A stretch of 64,000 nt of DNA, from NCBI GenBank assembly GCA_008632985.1, contig QPGO01000090.1, forward strand, positions 62,001 to 126,000, written 5' to 3'. A model generated the notes under the pieces. That model was not told the origin of the DNA. It saw nothing but the letters and a program-made list of their open reading frames with translations, and ran no database searches. The position numbers were made by a program, and so were the translations under genes. The stretch is from Psammoneis japonica (Eukaryota). Below are positions 36,097 through 49,861 of the stretch, one piece after another; position 1 is the first letter of the stretch; every line of letters begins with the position of its first letter.

Positions 36097-39000
36097 TGTT
36101 GAACCGGCAAGTCAATGTTGCCAAAAGGGAACCCGCAAGGCTTCTTGCGCGCCACTCATTGCACTTGCCCTGGTTGCTTTGGCAGCCATGCTTTGAATGG
36201 AAGTTGTTGACACAAACTTCAAACTCACAGTGCACCGGGCACCCAGCAATGCCGCAACACAAGTTGTGCAAGCCAGGTGATTCACTCCAAAGAGCGAGAC
36301 AAACTGAAAGGTGAGCAAGATTGGTGATGATGAAATGCCAAGCACAAAAAGTCACCAAATCTGTCACATCAGGATCTTCAACATCTTCTCTTCAACATGT
36401 CTGGGTTCTCTGTGTTCCCGCTGTCCACAAATGCTCTCCAACACACTCCTGCCACTCTCAACAATGTTTTTCTTTGTCTTGGGGGATGACATGCCCTCAG
36501 TTGCCTGCTTGCGGTTGTCCTTCAAATCAGCAACAGTGTGTCACATCATGAGCACAATCCACAAAATGCTCCACACGGTTGCGGCAAAATCTCTCCTTGT
36601 CAACTTGCTGTCCTGGTCCTTGGCCAGGTCCACAACCCAACTGCTGATCACCTTGGGGGTCAAATCAAAAAATGCCATTTGCTTGCAAAACTGCTTGTGT
36701 GTGATTTCCATGCAGGGAAAAATCATGGTGTGGAAGAACAGCGCCAACCTCTGTGCATCACAAATGATGCCATCGTTGTCCCTCACAAGTTTGTAAGGGG
36801 TCAACATGATGTCATGGCTGGGAGTCTTGATGAGCTTCACAAGGGCGTCACATGCCCCACTCTTGTCCATGCCACAGGTGGGCAAACAAATGTTCATCCT
36901 TTTTCACAAGTCACGAGTGTCACTCTTGCTCAAGGCCAACTGCAAATCATGCCCTTCAATTGGGAAACATTCTCACCTCTGTGGGGTTCTTCATCACCTT
37001 GTCACCATGCAGACAACAACACATTCTGCCTTGTCTTGAGGCCCAGCTCCCCCAACAACTTGCCAATGTTCTTTGGTCTTGTGAGCTTCATCAGCTCAAT
37101 GCTTTGTCTCAGATGTTCCCATTGGATCATCACGAATGGAGAACATCAGCACAGCAGCGGACATGCTGTGCTCTTTTGTTTCAAAGTCCCACTGTGCCAT
37201 CTCTTCATGCACTTCTGTGATCAACTTGCACTTGCCCAGCCATGAGCCCTTCCACAGCCCTGATGGCTCCAGCTCCCCCCTGCAGGAAGGCACTGTTGTG
37301 TTCTTGGGGTTTTCAGCTTGCATCTGGTCACAATGCAGCCAAACACCTCCTGCAGGTCCAAGGTGTCTTTGCAGAGGTGCAGATCACAAGTCAGTGTTTT
37401 TTGCCTGCTCTTGTTCCATCTTGTTGACCCCTCCATTGGTCTGTTGCAGTCTTCATCTGTCACTCATTTCTTGCACCCTTGGTTTGCTCAAACCTGGAAT
37501 TTCTTGTCCAGTTCAGGTGCTTGAGAGAGAACAGACCAACTTTCCTCAATCTTCATTCCCAGGTGCTCTGACTCATGTGCATGATGCTGCAACAGTGGGG
37601 TGCACATCCATGTGGCCTCTCTTGGATGCAAACAACTCCTTGGCTGCCCATGTGTGGGATGTCTGTGCTTTCTCTGTTGGCAGTCCATTGCCACTGGTGT
37701 CAAAAGGGTTCTCGCCTGCTGGCACGATGGCAGCATCTGCACTCTCAGTCTTTTCTGGGAACTGATCAATCATCTTGTGAGCACAGTTGGTCATGTCAAC
37801 CTTCACCTTGCTCTTGCAGCTGAAGTCCAGTGTCAAGCCAAGACAGTCACATCTTTTCCCTTGTGTGGCAACAACTTTGCCATGGCTTCCACACATCTTG
37901 CAAGCAAGCTCAAAAACTTGTTGTTTGCTTTTGCATTCTCAAAGCTCACTGTCATGTCATCCACATGGAATTGGACAGTGTGCTGTTTGCCATTGACTGT
38001 TCAAGAGCAATGCATGGATCACATGGGTTGAACTCAAACCATGTCTTTTTTCAAGTCTTTGTGAAATTGCTTGCATCCCAGCAGAGCCACAGTCAGCATG
38101 CCGCAGATGGCTCCAATTGTGACTTGGATGTGAAGGACTCTCTTGCATTTCTCCAGGACCACACATGTGGCCCATGTGGGTTGGGATCAATGCTTGCCAG
38201 CATGTTGACCAACACTCATGTGATCTTCATCACAATCTGGTCTTTGCCTTCCTCAGGCTCTGGCATCATTGTCTGTGCACTGAATGCATTTGATGTGTTG
38301 GCACTCATGACATTGCACTTTTCATTGGTCTCAATGACAGTCATCACAAATGTTCCTTCCAAGGATGCTGTCAGGCTTGTCTTTGTGCAGCCATTCTCGG
38401 GTTTTGGTTTCCCACTGCAAACCATTTGTCCTTTGATTTGACCATGTTGCTTCTCAGTTGGGAACATCAAGGCTGCCATTGCCTTGGTCCTTTCAGTTGG
38501 GGCAGTCATGTCCTTGACTGAAGCTGGTGCAAAGCACACTCCATTGTGCAGTTGTTTCATCTGTTTCTCTGAGGCATCATGCCCCTCTGGCCAAGTTCTT
38601 CAAGGCCTTTGTGTGACAACTGTTGTTGTGCAAAAGATGCACTCTTTCTACTTTGGAGTCAGTCACTGGCACTGCACATGAAGCATGCAAGTGCCATTGC
38701 TGTCTCCATTTCACATTCAATGTTGTCCTCTGGATTGGGGCTCACATTTGCACATGGATGGTGGCAGTGCTTGAGCCCATTTTGCTCTTTTGTTGCTTTT
38801 GCAATGTCTTCCACACATGCAAATCAAACTTTCTTTTCTCTGTGTTCATGCAATTTCATGGTGAAGGATGTGATGGATGCCTTTCCACTTCTGGCAGTTC
38901 TGCTCAGCACAACTCTTGCCTCTTCCCCCAATCTGAAATCATTCTTCTTCCCATCTGTTGTCTTTCTGGGAATTGTTGTCCTCTTTGAACTCTTTGTCAT

Positions 39001-42000
39001 TGCAGTGTTAACATCTTGTTCTCTTCTTTGGCTTCTTGTTCATCTTGGATCTTGTGCTGTTTGTTGATTGGGGCTTGATCTTTTGTCAGCCAGTGTGTCA
39101 TTTGCTTCTTCACATTCGCCATCATCTGAGTCAGGTGTTCATCTCTGCAGTCTTCATCTTCTGACTCCTTTGTTGCATGGTTTGCATCATCATGCTCATC
39201 TTCTTTTTTTTGTCCTTGCTTTTGCTGTCACTTTCATTGTTGTCTGCTCCTGCAGTCCAAACAGCATTGTGCAGATCATCCCCATGCTTTCCTGTGAATT
39301 TGAGTTCTTTGATGCCTTGCTTTGCAGCCTTCTTCTTGTCAGCCAGCATGTGCAAGGGAATGGGGGTGCACTTGCAGGGGTTCAGAAGTTTGCCCATGTG
39401 CAGGTTCACAGCACAGTGTCCACCCTGGGGCAAATCAAAACATGGTTGCAGGCACATGCTGTCAATGCCATGTGCTTCCATGGTGTTTGTTGGGTTGTTC
39501 TCAATGTGGGAAATTGCAAATTCCCCAAACTTGAGCTCAAAGTGTTTGTCACTGTCAAGGTTTTTTCATTGCAGCCACAAAAGTGTGTGAGCTGCAAGTG
39601 TTGGAAAACCCTTCCTTTTGCCGGCGCGCAGGTGCACATTTGACATGATGGTGTTCTGGACAACAGCATGCTTGCACATCAACTTGGGTGTCATCTTTTG
39701 TGGCATGTCGTGTGCAGCAGCCAGACTTTGCTCCTTGATGGTCTGCATGCTCTGCTTGACTTTTGGAACATTGTCTTTTGCAATTGCAGACATGAGTTTG
39801 AGATTCACGCCATTCATGACTTTTGCAAGCATGTCCTCAAACTTGGGATCACACTCAATGAAGAAGTCAACCTTGAACAGGGCCATGTTGTGCTGTCAGA
39901 GAATCATGTCCAAAGCTTTGCACAAATCTTTGTGCTTCTCGGACCTCAGTTTTGCACTTGGTTGGCACTTGATCATCTTGTCAATCACACACAGCAGCTC
40001 AAGGGTGCCACACACTTCCACAATGTCAATGCAGAGGATCACACCTTCTTGCTGCTTCTCACAAATCTCACAGGTTGAATTGCCACAATGTCCTTCCTCT
40101 CATGGGAATGGCGCACATGCTTGGTCTTGCCTTTCAGTGCATCTGTTGGTGGACCCCAAATGGTCACCATCCTGTCCATGTCTTCAGGTGTGATGGACAA
40201 GTTCTTCACCTGGTTGGATCACAAAAACAGGTTGAAATCCTTTGCAGTGGGTGTTCCCAGCCTTGCAGTGCAGTCTGAGCACCTTGTTCAGTGCACCACA
40301 GTTCCTCATGCACTCATGTGCTTCTTGTGAGTCTTTTTCACAGCCTTCTTGTCCTTCAACAGCATGCTCACACATGCAACTCACTTTCTTGGACCTCTTT
40401 CATGCAGTCAAAGAACTTCTGACTTTATGATGTGTGCAAAGGCATGCTGTCCAATGTCCTTCACTTCAAACACCGTGACTCACTTGCCAGTCTTCTTGTC
40501 CAGCAGTTGCAGCTTGTCTGCCACTCTGTTGTTGCATGCTGCATGGTGCTTGCTCTTCACATCCTTTGGACTGAGGATGTTTGCTGTTGCATTCTGTGAT
40601 CCAAGCTTTCCATCTCCCCATCTGGGCATGGTGCAGTCCTTCTTGTCCAAAACACACACCCCTGCACTGGCAGACAGACAAATCTTGATCTTTTCCAGTT
40701 GCACACTGCACACAGTGCACTGATCTTCAGCTTGCTGCCATGCTGAGGGTGGAGTCATTGTCAAAGATGTTCTCATCTGACTCAATGCCGGCCTGTCCCA
40801 GCTCCAGGTGCTCTGAGTGGGTTCGATTCCCATCATTTGGCAATTTGTGCATTTGGCGCAATTGGCTTTTTCCAAATCCGTTTTTTGCCAAATCGAAGGG
40901 TGAGTGTGCACTTCACATGTGTTTTCGGGTGTACACTCACCTTTCGATTTTCGAAACGATCAAAATTGAAGGAGTTAATTGTGCTAAACTGCGCAGAAAA
41001 TCGGCCTCTCGCGTGATGAAAAGCGGATCACCTGGAGCTGGAACAGGCCTGCCTGTGTCAGCTTGGCTCCTGGTGTTTCCTTGTCTGGCTGCAACCCATG
41101 CAGGCCATGCAATGCTCTTCTTGCTCCAGCTGGAGTGGGTGGATTGATCAGATCTGGTGGTGTGTTGACACTGACACTGTCACCATCTGCCAACAAATTG
41201 TGCTCATCTCTTGTCTGCATTTGACTCTGTCCCCTGGCATCTGGTTTCTTTCCAGCACCACAGTGTTGCCTTGATTGCCACTCTGGGCATGACTCTGGTC
41301 CTTCCAGTTGCAGACTTCTCTCTGGACCCATTGTTGTTGCTGTTCCTGTTGTTGGAATGCTTGCAACTCCTCTTGTCTCATCACTTGCAAGGGGGTCATC
41401 ATTTTTTGAATGACTCGGTGGTGCATTCATTGCCTTCTCCAGGATCTTTAGACACATGTTCTTGCCCAGGCTGCAATCTGTTACAAAGCTCTTCTTTGGG
41501 CTCTTGCAGAAGCAGTTCTCACTGTCCTCCATGAACAGGTGCACAGTCCATGTCTCCAACACTGCCACCTTTGGCACTTCTCTTTCTGCTGCAGAGGTGC
41601 AATCCTTGCACCCCTTGGCATTGTTGACAAATCCATCTGGCATTCTGTTTCCCGGGTCATTGCTTGCAGCATCTTGCCAATTTTTGAACCTTGACAAGCA
41701 ATCATTCAGCGGCTCATTCTCTTGCTGCTTCACTTCCAACATGTGCTTCAGTGACTTGGCAATTGTGTGGAACAGATGTCAACCTCTCATGGAATCAAAC
41801 GCAAGGGGTTAGATCAGCTTCAACGACTCAGTTGGTTGTCCCCAATGCTCTGGTGACTGGGATCAGAGTGCAGCACTCTCTGCTTCATCAGCTTGGTGCA
41901 GCAAATGTCCGTGATCATGGCAAGTGCTGCAGTCTTGTTTTCTTCAAGCTTCCTCACTTTTTCTCTTTGCAGTTGTGTGGCATGGCCTTGTGCTGGCATT

Positions 42001-42826
42001 CCAGCTCTTTTTCTTTTTGCAACCTGTTTTCCAACTTGGTTTGGCAGTCTTCATCTGACACAGCCAGTGTTGGCACATCTGGCATGCCTGATGCAGGCTT
42101 TTCAGAGTCAAAATCCTTGCACTGCATGTCTTCCAAAGATCTTGCTGGATGCAATCCCTGATCACACTTCTTCTGCATGTTGTTGACAATCTTTTCCTTG
42201 ACATGTTTGTGTGTTGTGTTGTGAGCCTTGTCACTCAGTGATGAAAGATGAAACTTCATCTCAGGCTGAAATCTTTTCTTTGATTTGGTCTTCTTGTTTA
42301 TCTTGCAGCAGGAAGACTTGTGGCCTTTGTCACCTCTACCTCAGTTGCAACCTTGGCCTCTGCCATTTGATCTGCCTCCTCCTCTGCCACTCACAAATTG
42401 GAGTTCCAATGTTGGACAACTGCACATGGAAGTCAGTGTCTGCAAGCTCCAAACACAGTGCTGGCAACTCTCTGGAGTGAATGTTAAACCGGCAATTCAA
42501 TGTCACTGAAAGGAAATCCTGCAAGGCTTCCTGTGCCACTCATCACACTTGCCCTGGTCACTTTGGCAGCTGTGGTTTGCCTGGAAGTTGTGGACACAAA
42601 CTTGAGACTCAAAATGTGGGGTGGGCACCCAGTGACACCACAACACAATTTTGTGTGAGCCAGATGACTCACTCCAAAGAGTGAGACAAACTGAGAGGTG
42701 AGTGAGATTGACAACAATGAAATTTCAAGTGCAAAGAGTCACCAAGTCCACCACATGAGGACATTCAACATCTTCTCTTCAACGTGTCTGGGTTCTCTGT
42801 GTTCCTGCAATCCAGATGCTCCAACA
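36097..42826 (-). mobile_element. Degenerate Ty1/Copia LTR retrotransposon; LTRs 42482-42826 and 36097-36443
   Basis: About 345-bp direct repeats TGTT..AACA, with PPT-like GGCAGGAGTG before the 3' LTR. Minus-strand order is gag, integrase (IECDPKF..NVPKVKQSMQTIKEQ), RT (GKQHTVQFHVDD, LGLTLDF, ASKRG..DVHPTVA). Confidence 0.85.
40790..41049. mobile_element. 260-bp MITE inserted in the Copia element
   Basis: TIR GGCCTGTYCCAGCTCCAGGTG, flanked by TGCC on both sides. Internal hairpin AAATCGAAGGGTGAGTGT..ACACTCACCTTTCGATTT. Confidence 0.8.
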
Positions 42827-44523
42827 GGACAATCCTGGCTCTCACAGAGAGAAGCACTGTGTGACCCAAAGCTTCTAAAAGGACTGTTGCTGATGATGAA
42901 TGATCCCTGGCATCAGTGAAACCTGGCACTTTCCAGGTTGCTCTTTGTTTGCAGCAGCTCCACAAGCAGATTTTGAGCAATGGCTCTGTCCTTGTTGTTG
43001 CTCCCATTGACAAACTGAGTGATGTCTAAAAACAGCTCAAATGTGAGCATTTTCCTTGAGTGCATCTGCCAGATCAGAAGCATCTTGATTTGCAAACTCA
43101 AAGTCCAGCCAGCCCAGTTTTGCATTTGTTGTGGATGGCTTGTTTTCACAAACTGAGATGAAAACAAAGGCAATTTCTTCTTCTGTCATGGGCTGCTCTG
43201 ATGCTGCCAAATCATCATCAATGGCAGAGACATCAGAGTTTTTGCTCCATGCTGGTGACCAGATCTCATGTTTGTCAAGAGACACATGCACCCTGCTTTG
43301 CAGAGTTTTCTGTTGGTGTTGCTGTGCATTGGGCATTTCTCATTTCTCCATTCAGAGCATTTTTTCAAACTGCAGCTGAAAGCATGGCAGCACAACCACA
43401 ATGGCATGAAGTGTGCCACGTTGCATGAAAGGTCTCTGTCCATCCAAGAGACTCTCAGCACAGGTGCAATGGAATTTTTTGTTGGCGCTCTCTTTGTCAC
43501 TCACAAAGGGTGCCCTCTTCCTCAACTGCCTTGACATGATGGTCTTGGCAGCCCACAAATGTGTGGCACACAGCTCGTGCACTTGGAGAAAGAAGTGTGC
43601 AAAGAACATTGCCTTGCTGCACTTTTCCACAGCTTGCAAATGTTCATTCCACCACCAGATTTTGTGGTGCAGATCAGAGACCAATGAGAGAGAGTGGTCT
43701 GAGACTCACCCCCCTGCTCACACAGGGGCTTTTCACTCATGAACTGCTTCCATGTTGAATGACTGATGTGGGAGCAGTGCCGTGTGCTGCAAATCACCAG
43801 ATCAAGCCACTGCCAGCTCACTTCTTTTTTTTTTCATCAATGACACTTTGCTTGTTGATGAGCAAAGAACAAGTTTGCCTGCAGCCCCTGCTGCCCATCC
43901 TTGTGGCTCTCCTGCAGGAGCTTCATCTCCAGGTTCCCCAAAGACACACAAGCTCCTGCATGAGGTCTAGTTCCTTGCAGCTTGTGCAACAACCAACTGG
44001 AAAGCTTTGCAGAGTGTCCACCAGCCACAACAGAGAAGAACAAGGGAGCAAGCAACAGAGGGCAATTGTCAGGCAATCAGACCAGCACAGCCCAAATGAG
44101 GTCTGAGCCTCCATGAACAGGTGAGGCAATGACCCATGCACAAAAACAGCTGCAGCTGCAATGTGGCAAACATCAAGATCATCTGAGCAGCCAAGGACCC
44201 ATGGCCCTTGTCACAAAAATCAACCAGATGGATGATGCCATTGCATCAGCTCCATTCTTGCCAACATGCATCAGCTCCATTCTTGCCAACATGGGCTTTT
44301 AGAACAAAGAGATGTCAACAGCTCTGACAAAGTGAGCCACTCACACTGCAGTCACTGGAAATTGGATGACAAAGAATGGAAGCTGTTGATGTGGCAACCA
44401 GCCAGATTTCCAGAATTTTGACATTGTTCTGCAGCACCACCCTCTGTTTCAGCAGTGGCAGCAGTCTTTGCCAAATGGTCTGTCTGGCAACAGCATGGCT
44501 GCATTTGCTCACAACTGACAAAA

Positions 44524-47500
44524 TGCAGCATGTGTCATGCTGGCACATGGTGCAGACCATGCATGTCCCAGGGTGGCACACACCGCAGCAGTGATGGCAT
44601 GCCCCATGGAAACACAGGGGGGCTCTGTGATTCCATGGCTCAGCAAGAAGTTTGAGCAGTGAGTGTCCATGCACACAGTGTGTGCATGTTGTTGAGAGGC
44701 CATCAATGCAAGCATGATGCAGCACAAAGGCAGCACATGCATGTGCTCATGATGATGCACAAAATGTGGGTTGGAGAAACTGACACATGGCTGATCACAC
44801 ATCAGCCAACAGGGAACTGTGTGACTCCCCATTCACACAATTCCACTTTTCTAGACAAAATCTAATCTCACAATTTTCAAAAACCAACTTTTAAACAACC
44901 CACTGTTTTTTGTTGCCTGACAGTGCACAAGGCATGGCAATGTTGTCTTGCAAGTGTGCAAAGGTTGTGTTGTCAGTTTGACTGCTGACATGCCAACCAA
45001 CCATGAAGAAGCAGAGTGCACTGCCAATTCCATTGAAACATCTAGAAAAGAAGGTGCTGTCAAAAGGAAAGCACCACATGCATGAGCTGAGGAACTTGCC
45101 AACAGATGCTGGCAGCCCCATGCATGAACTTGGTGTTCTGCCCTTCTCTGCATGTGCAGAGCACCTGTCATTCTTGCACAACACTGAACATGCAGTGTTG
45201 GGTGGTGGGGCAACAGAGACAATGTGTCGTTCAAGGCATGTGTTGCCAAAGTTGTGAGAAAGCATCTTCCCATGGAGGGTGGCGCTGTTGCAGAAGGATC
45301 ATTTGCAACATTTCATGCACAAGCCAGTCAACATGAAAACTCATGATTGTGTCGCAAGGGCCATTGAATTCAATGGCTGTGCAATGTTGTTTCTGCCCAG
45401 TGACAGAAGATGGGGCAATGCCTGCATTGCCACCAGATGATGAGCTGGTTGACTTGTTTGAACTTGGAGTGCCAATGCATGGCATGGGGAGATCATCTTT
45501 CAGGACCACAATGCATTGGCACATGGCATTGCCCAATTTGTCTCATTCTGCAAGTGTGCCAAGCAAGTGGAGCTCACCAAAGGTGAGCAGGAGAGTCGTG
45601 TCAAGGTTCCTGGGAAGCAGGGTTGCAAAACAGACAATTGTTGGTGGTGTTTGATTGTGGGTTGAGAGAAATCCCTTAAATGCTGCATTGCATGGTGCCA
45701 ATGTCATGCAAGAGTGTTGCAGTTTGAAGTGTCAGGTGAAATGTCTCAGTGCATCCCAGTTGAACAGTTGTGCTGAGCTGTCTGCATGGAAGCCCTGCAA
45801 TGATGATGAACTTCTTGGTGCAGCCACTGAAGCCAAGGTCAAAGACATCCTCAAGTCCCACAAGGCAAAACGCAAGGCATGCAAAGAAGAGTTGAGTCAC
45901 TTCCATGACTTTTCCTCAAGTGACTCAGATGTTGCATCTGACAATGACAACATCATCTGAAAAGCTGGCCAATGCAAGTCAGATGGGTTTGTCACATTGG
46001 ATGAATGTGCTGATCACAATGTGCCCTGTTGCTGTGCTCACATTGCAGGCCAATCTAATTGGTGCACCAAACACACCCATTTGACACCGACCTTGTTTGT
46101 GGCTGTGAATGCCAAACATGGCAAAGGCAAAACTGAGGCAATTGAGGCACTGCTGGACAGCAGTGCCAGCAGTGAGCTGTTGCACTGCAGCACGCAGTTT
46201 TGAAAGGCGTGCAGTTGTTCCATTGAGTTTCAGTTGCAAAAATTGTCCACAACTGCAGAACTCACATGTGATGTCCAAATGCACAACACATGCCAGAATC
46301 CCAGGGTGTGACATTGCATTCTCAGAACAGCTGTCAAATGGCCAAAGGCTTGTGGTGAAATGCCAGTGAGGGATGCAGAAGTTGCAGCAGAGACATCCTT
46401 CTTCTTCCATCAAGATCTGGAGCCTCTGTTGATGGAGTGACAGAATTTTGAAAATTTTGGGTGCAAAATGCACACCAGCATGCCTTGCAGAGACAACCTG
46501 AGGGAGCACAAGGGCTTGACAGTGACCAGCAAGCAAAGCTGCTGAGGCTGTTGGAACAATGTGAGCTCTCATTTTGATGGCACACCAGGTGAATGGAAAG
46601 GAGGCAAGCCACACCACACCCAACCAAAGAGGACACTTGTGAGCCACATCATGGATGTCTGTGCAAAGTCTCAAGGGCACATGAAGCCACACTCTCAAGG
46701 GCACATGAAGCCACACTCTCAAGGGCACATGAAGCCACACCACACAAAGAAACAGCATGCCTGTGCAAGACTGGCATCCTCAAACATGTTGGCCATTCAC
46801 AGCAGGTCACTCCATCATTTGTCATGCCAAAGAAGGTTTCAAAGGCATGATTTGTTGATGATTTCAGGGATCCACACAAAAGGATCAAAAGATTGCCTTG
46901 TCCAATTCTCCACATCCAAGACATGCTTTCAAAGCTTGAGGGCTTCATGTGGGTGCAACATCATGACAGGATTTAAGTGCAGGACATTGCCACAACACTT
47001 GGCTTGGTCACCTGACAGTGGCAGCTGAAAGCTGTGCATGCTTGTCTTTCCATGGTAGAGAAAGTGCAAGATGCAGGTCCTGCCAACAGGCTCGTGCAAC
47101 TCTCACCTGACATTTTTCAGGAAAAGTTGTCAGAGTCATTCAAAGAATGTTTCATTTGCACATGCGCACAACTCAGATGATCTTCTTGCAGTTGCTGAGG
47201 GCACTTGTGAAGACCAGTTGGAGAAACTGGTGGTCATCACACTGCAGCACATGCATGATGCTGGGCTTGAGGTCAGTGCAAGAAAATCATGCTTTTGTCA
47301 AACCTGGTTGTGGAGAGCACTTGGGCCATTTGGTCACTGGGACAGATCATGCTCAACACCTTCCAAAGCCCACTGACAAAAGGCAGCTGTGCTTGTTTCA
47401 ATTTGTGGGTGTGGTCAACTGCCATTGCAATGCTTGGCCAAGACATTCTGAAATTTTAGCTCTGCATGCAAGACTCACAGACGGGACTTCTAAATGATGG

Positions 47501-49353
47501 GAATGGACATCTGTTGAAGACGAGGTGCTTGAAACCATGAAAAGAGCATTGTCAGATGATGTCTCATCAGGGCACCCAGATTTTTACAAACCATTTGAAG
47601 TCCACGCTGATGCCTCCAAATGTCAACTCAGAGCAGCACCGTCCCAAGAAAACAAACCCGTTGCCTTTTGCAGTGGCTTGACAGTGCACAATTAAACTGC
47701 ACAATGACAGAGAGAGAATTGCACACCATCTTGGAGACCTTGAATAAATTTCAAACAATGCACCTTGGTCAGTGCACAATTGTGCATGCTGATCATAAAA
47801 ACCTCATGTGTGACGTGTTTGTTGACACCACAAGTGTCATGCATTGCCAGCTGGCATGCAAAGAAGAATGCAGCCTGGAACTCTGGTGCATCAAGGGTTG
47901 CCATGACCTCAAACCTCATTGCAGATGCCCTGAGTCACCTGGCACCAAAACTTGGTTTGGAGTCCAAGTGTGGTCTGACAGTCTTAGAAACACCAGGCAC
48001 ATGTCCTCCCCTGCACAAAGCATTTGCTTTGCATGCACTGGCTCCACCTGCAAGCTTTAGAAAAATGCAAATTGTGGGGGAGATGTGCCATGACAGCTGA
48101 CATGCTGTCAGGACAAAATGGTTGTGCCAGAGGCATTGAGACAACCTCCATTTGAGTGGCACTGGAAGCAGCTGTGCCGCCACCCTGGCAAGACACAAAC
48201 AGAAATGTCTGTTGCCCAGCACTTCTGCTGGCCTGGCATGAGAGCTGCAGTGTGCTCTAAATGTGTTGAGTGTGGTCAATGCCAAAAGACAAATGCCAGA
48301 CACATCACTGTGGGAAGTTTTGCCAGAAATGGTGGCTGAGACAGCCAAGATCAAGCAATGTGGAAAGGACACTTTGCAGCTTGTTTGGGCAGCAACCATG
48401 ATCAACCCAGTGACAGGATGGTTTGAGATCAAAGAAGCAACCAATGGACAAGCACATGTTCCAGCAAATTGTGTGGAACAGACATGTGGCTGTGCAGGTG
48501 CCTGTGGCCAAGCAAGGCGATTTGTGACCATGGCACTGAATTTGTGGCCAAACTCAGTTGCATGATCAAGAGTGACTTTGACGTTGCCCAGAAACCAAAA
48601 AGCAGAAGAAATCCACAGACAAATGCCATGGTGGAGTGCATGCACACCAGATTCTTCTTGGAAACATGGTGCACTCATTTCAGTGCAGGATGTGGAGCAG
48701 GACAAGAGCAACCCATGGAGTGGCACTCCATTGGCTTTTGGTCTTTGGATGTGATGCAGTGGAGCTGATCTGCTCAAACAACAAATGCAAGAACATGAAA
48801 AGCAAAAGGAGTGCCAACATGCTGTTGGGTGAACTGGCACTTGTCAAACAATGACAAAAGACAAAATGCAGAGCTGACTGTCATGCAGATTCAGCCAAAA
48901 TTGTCTGCATGAATGACAACGGCACTTTTTGCATGCAAGATGCTGGTGCACTGACAGGTGCACACAATCTCTGTGGCAGATTGTGCTCCCTGGCTGCAGC
49001 GGGGCATCTTGATGCTCATTGTCCTGGGTCATGGGGGAGCATTGTGGTGTGTGTTGCACTGGCATGCAGTGCAGACTGTGCACATCCCAGGGTGGCATGC
49101 ACTGGAGCAGTGATGGTGTGCACTGTGGAAAAAGCACAGGGTGCTCTGTGTTTCTAAAACTTTGTGCCATGTGGTGTGCTGACAGGACCCACCACCAGTG
49201 CAAGCATGATCCAAAATGCCAGCTGATGGTGAATTTGTGCGACCCCCACATTCACACTGTTCAACTTCTCCATGCAGCAAACTGGTCTCATAATTGTCAC
49301 AAAATGGCTTTTGAAAACTCCCTGTTTTTTGCTGCCTGACATCACACAAGGCA
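44524..49353 (+). mobile_element. Degenerate Ty3/Gypsy LTR retrotransposon; LTRs about 44524-44934 and 49043-49353
   Basis: Protease ALLDSSAS, RT (FDGTPGEW, SDDLL..DAGLEVSARKS), RNase H (KPFEVHADAS..TERE..DHKNL) and integrase (HPG..HFCWPGM..C..CQK, TGWFEI, DHGTEF, NPQTNAMVE). GGGGGAG PPT before the 3' LTR, TG..CA ends, possible AAAA TSD. Confidence 0.88.
46669..46740 (+). repeat. 24-bp tandem repeat x3 within Gypsy RT
   Basis: TCTCAAGGGCACATGAAGCCACAC three times, identical. Confidence 0.95.
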
Positions 49354-49861
49354 AAAAAGAGTGGTTGGTTTGTTGGGGACCAAACTGAGGCAGATGACAG
49401 ACACAGATCAAGAAATCTTCATTCATTTCTCATTTCTTTTTTGCCAGCAACTCTTGCCATGATGATTCTGGTGTGTCAGAGGTTTCCCAGTGCCACAGCC
49501 ACCAACTGTCATCATTCATTGATTCAGTCATCAAGACCTCCTTGGGTTGTTGGCCTCGTGCACTTGGGTTCTTGAATGAACCAAAGCTGCAAGAAAGTGA
49601 GTGTGGCAGCAACAGAAAAGCAAGGGTTGGACATTGAGCTGCTTGTCTGGAAGCAGACTTGATCTAGATGATGGCGAGTTCCTTTCAACACAATGCAGGT
49701 CATGCTGGCATGAAAGCATTTTGGGTTCACCTTGTCTCTTGAAAATTGTTCTTATAAAATTCATGACATTTGTTGAAGACAGGCAATTTACAGTGAATGC
49801 AGTGATGGTTAGGATGCAATCCATCTCGAGTGCACCTCTGCGCAAACACAACACCAGCCAC

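Noticed and set aside
42830..44300. Decayed coding-like sequence flanking the Copia (continuing at 35650-36096)
   Set aside because: Too degraded to assign to a gene or TE family by eye.
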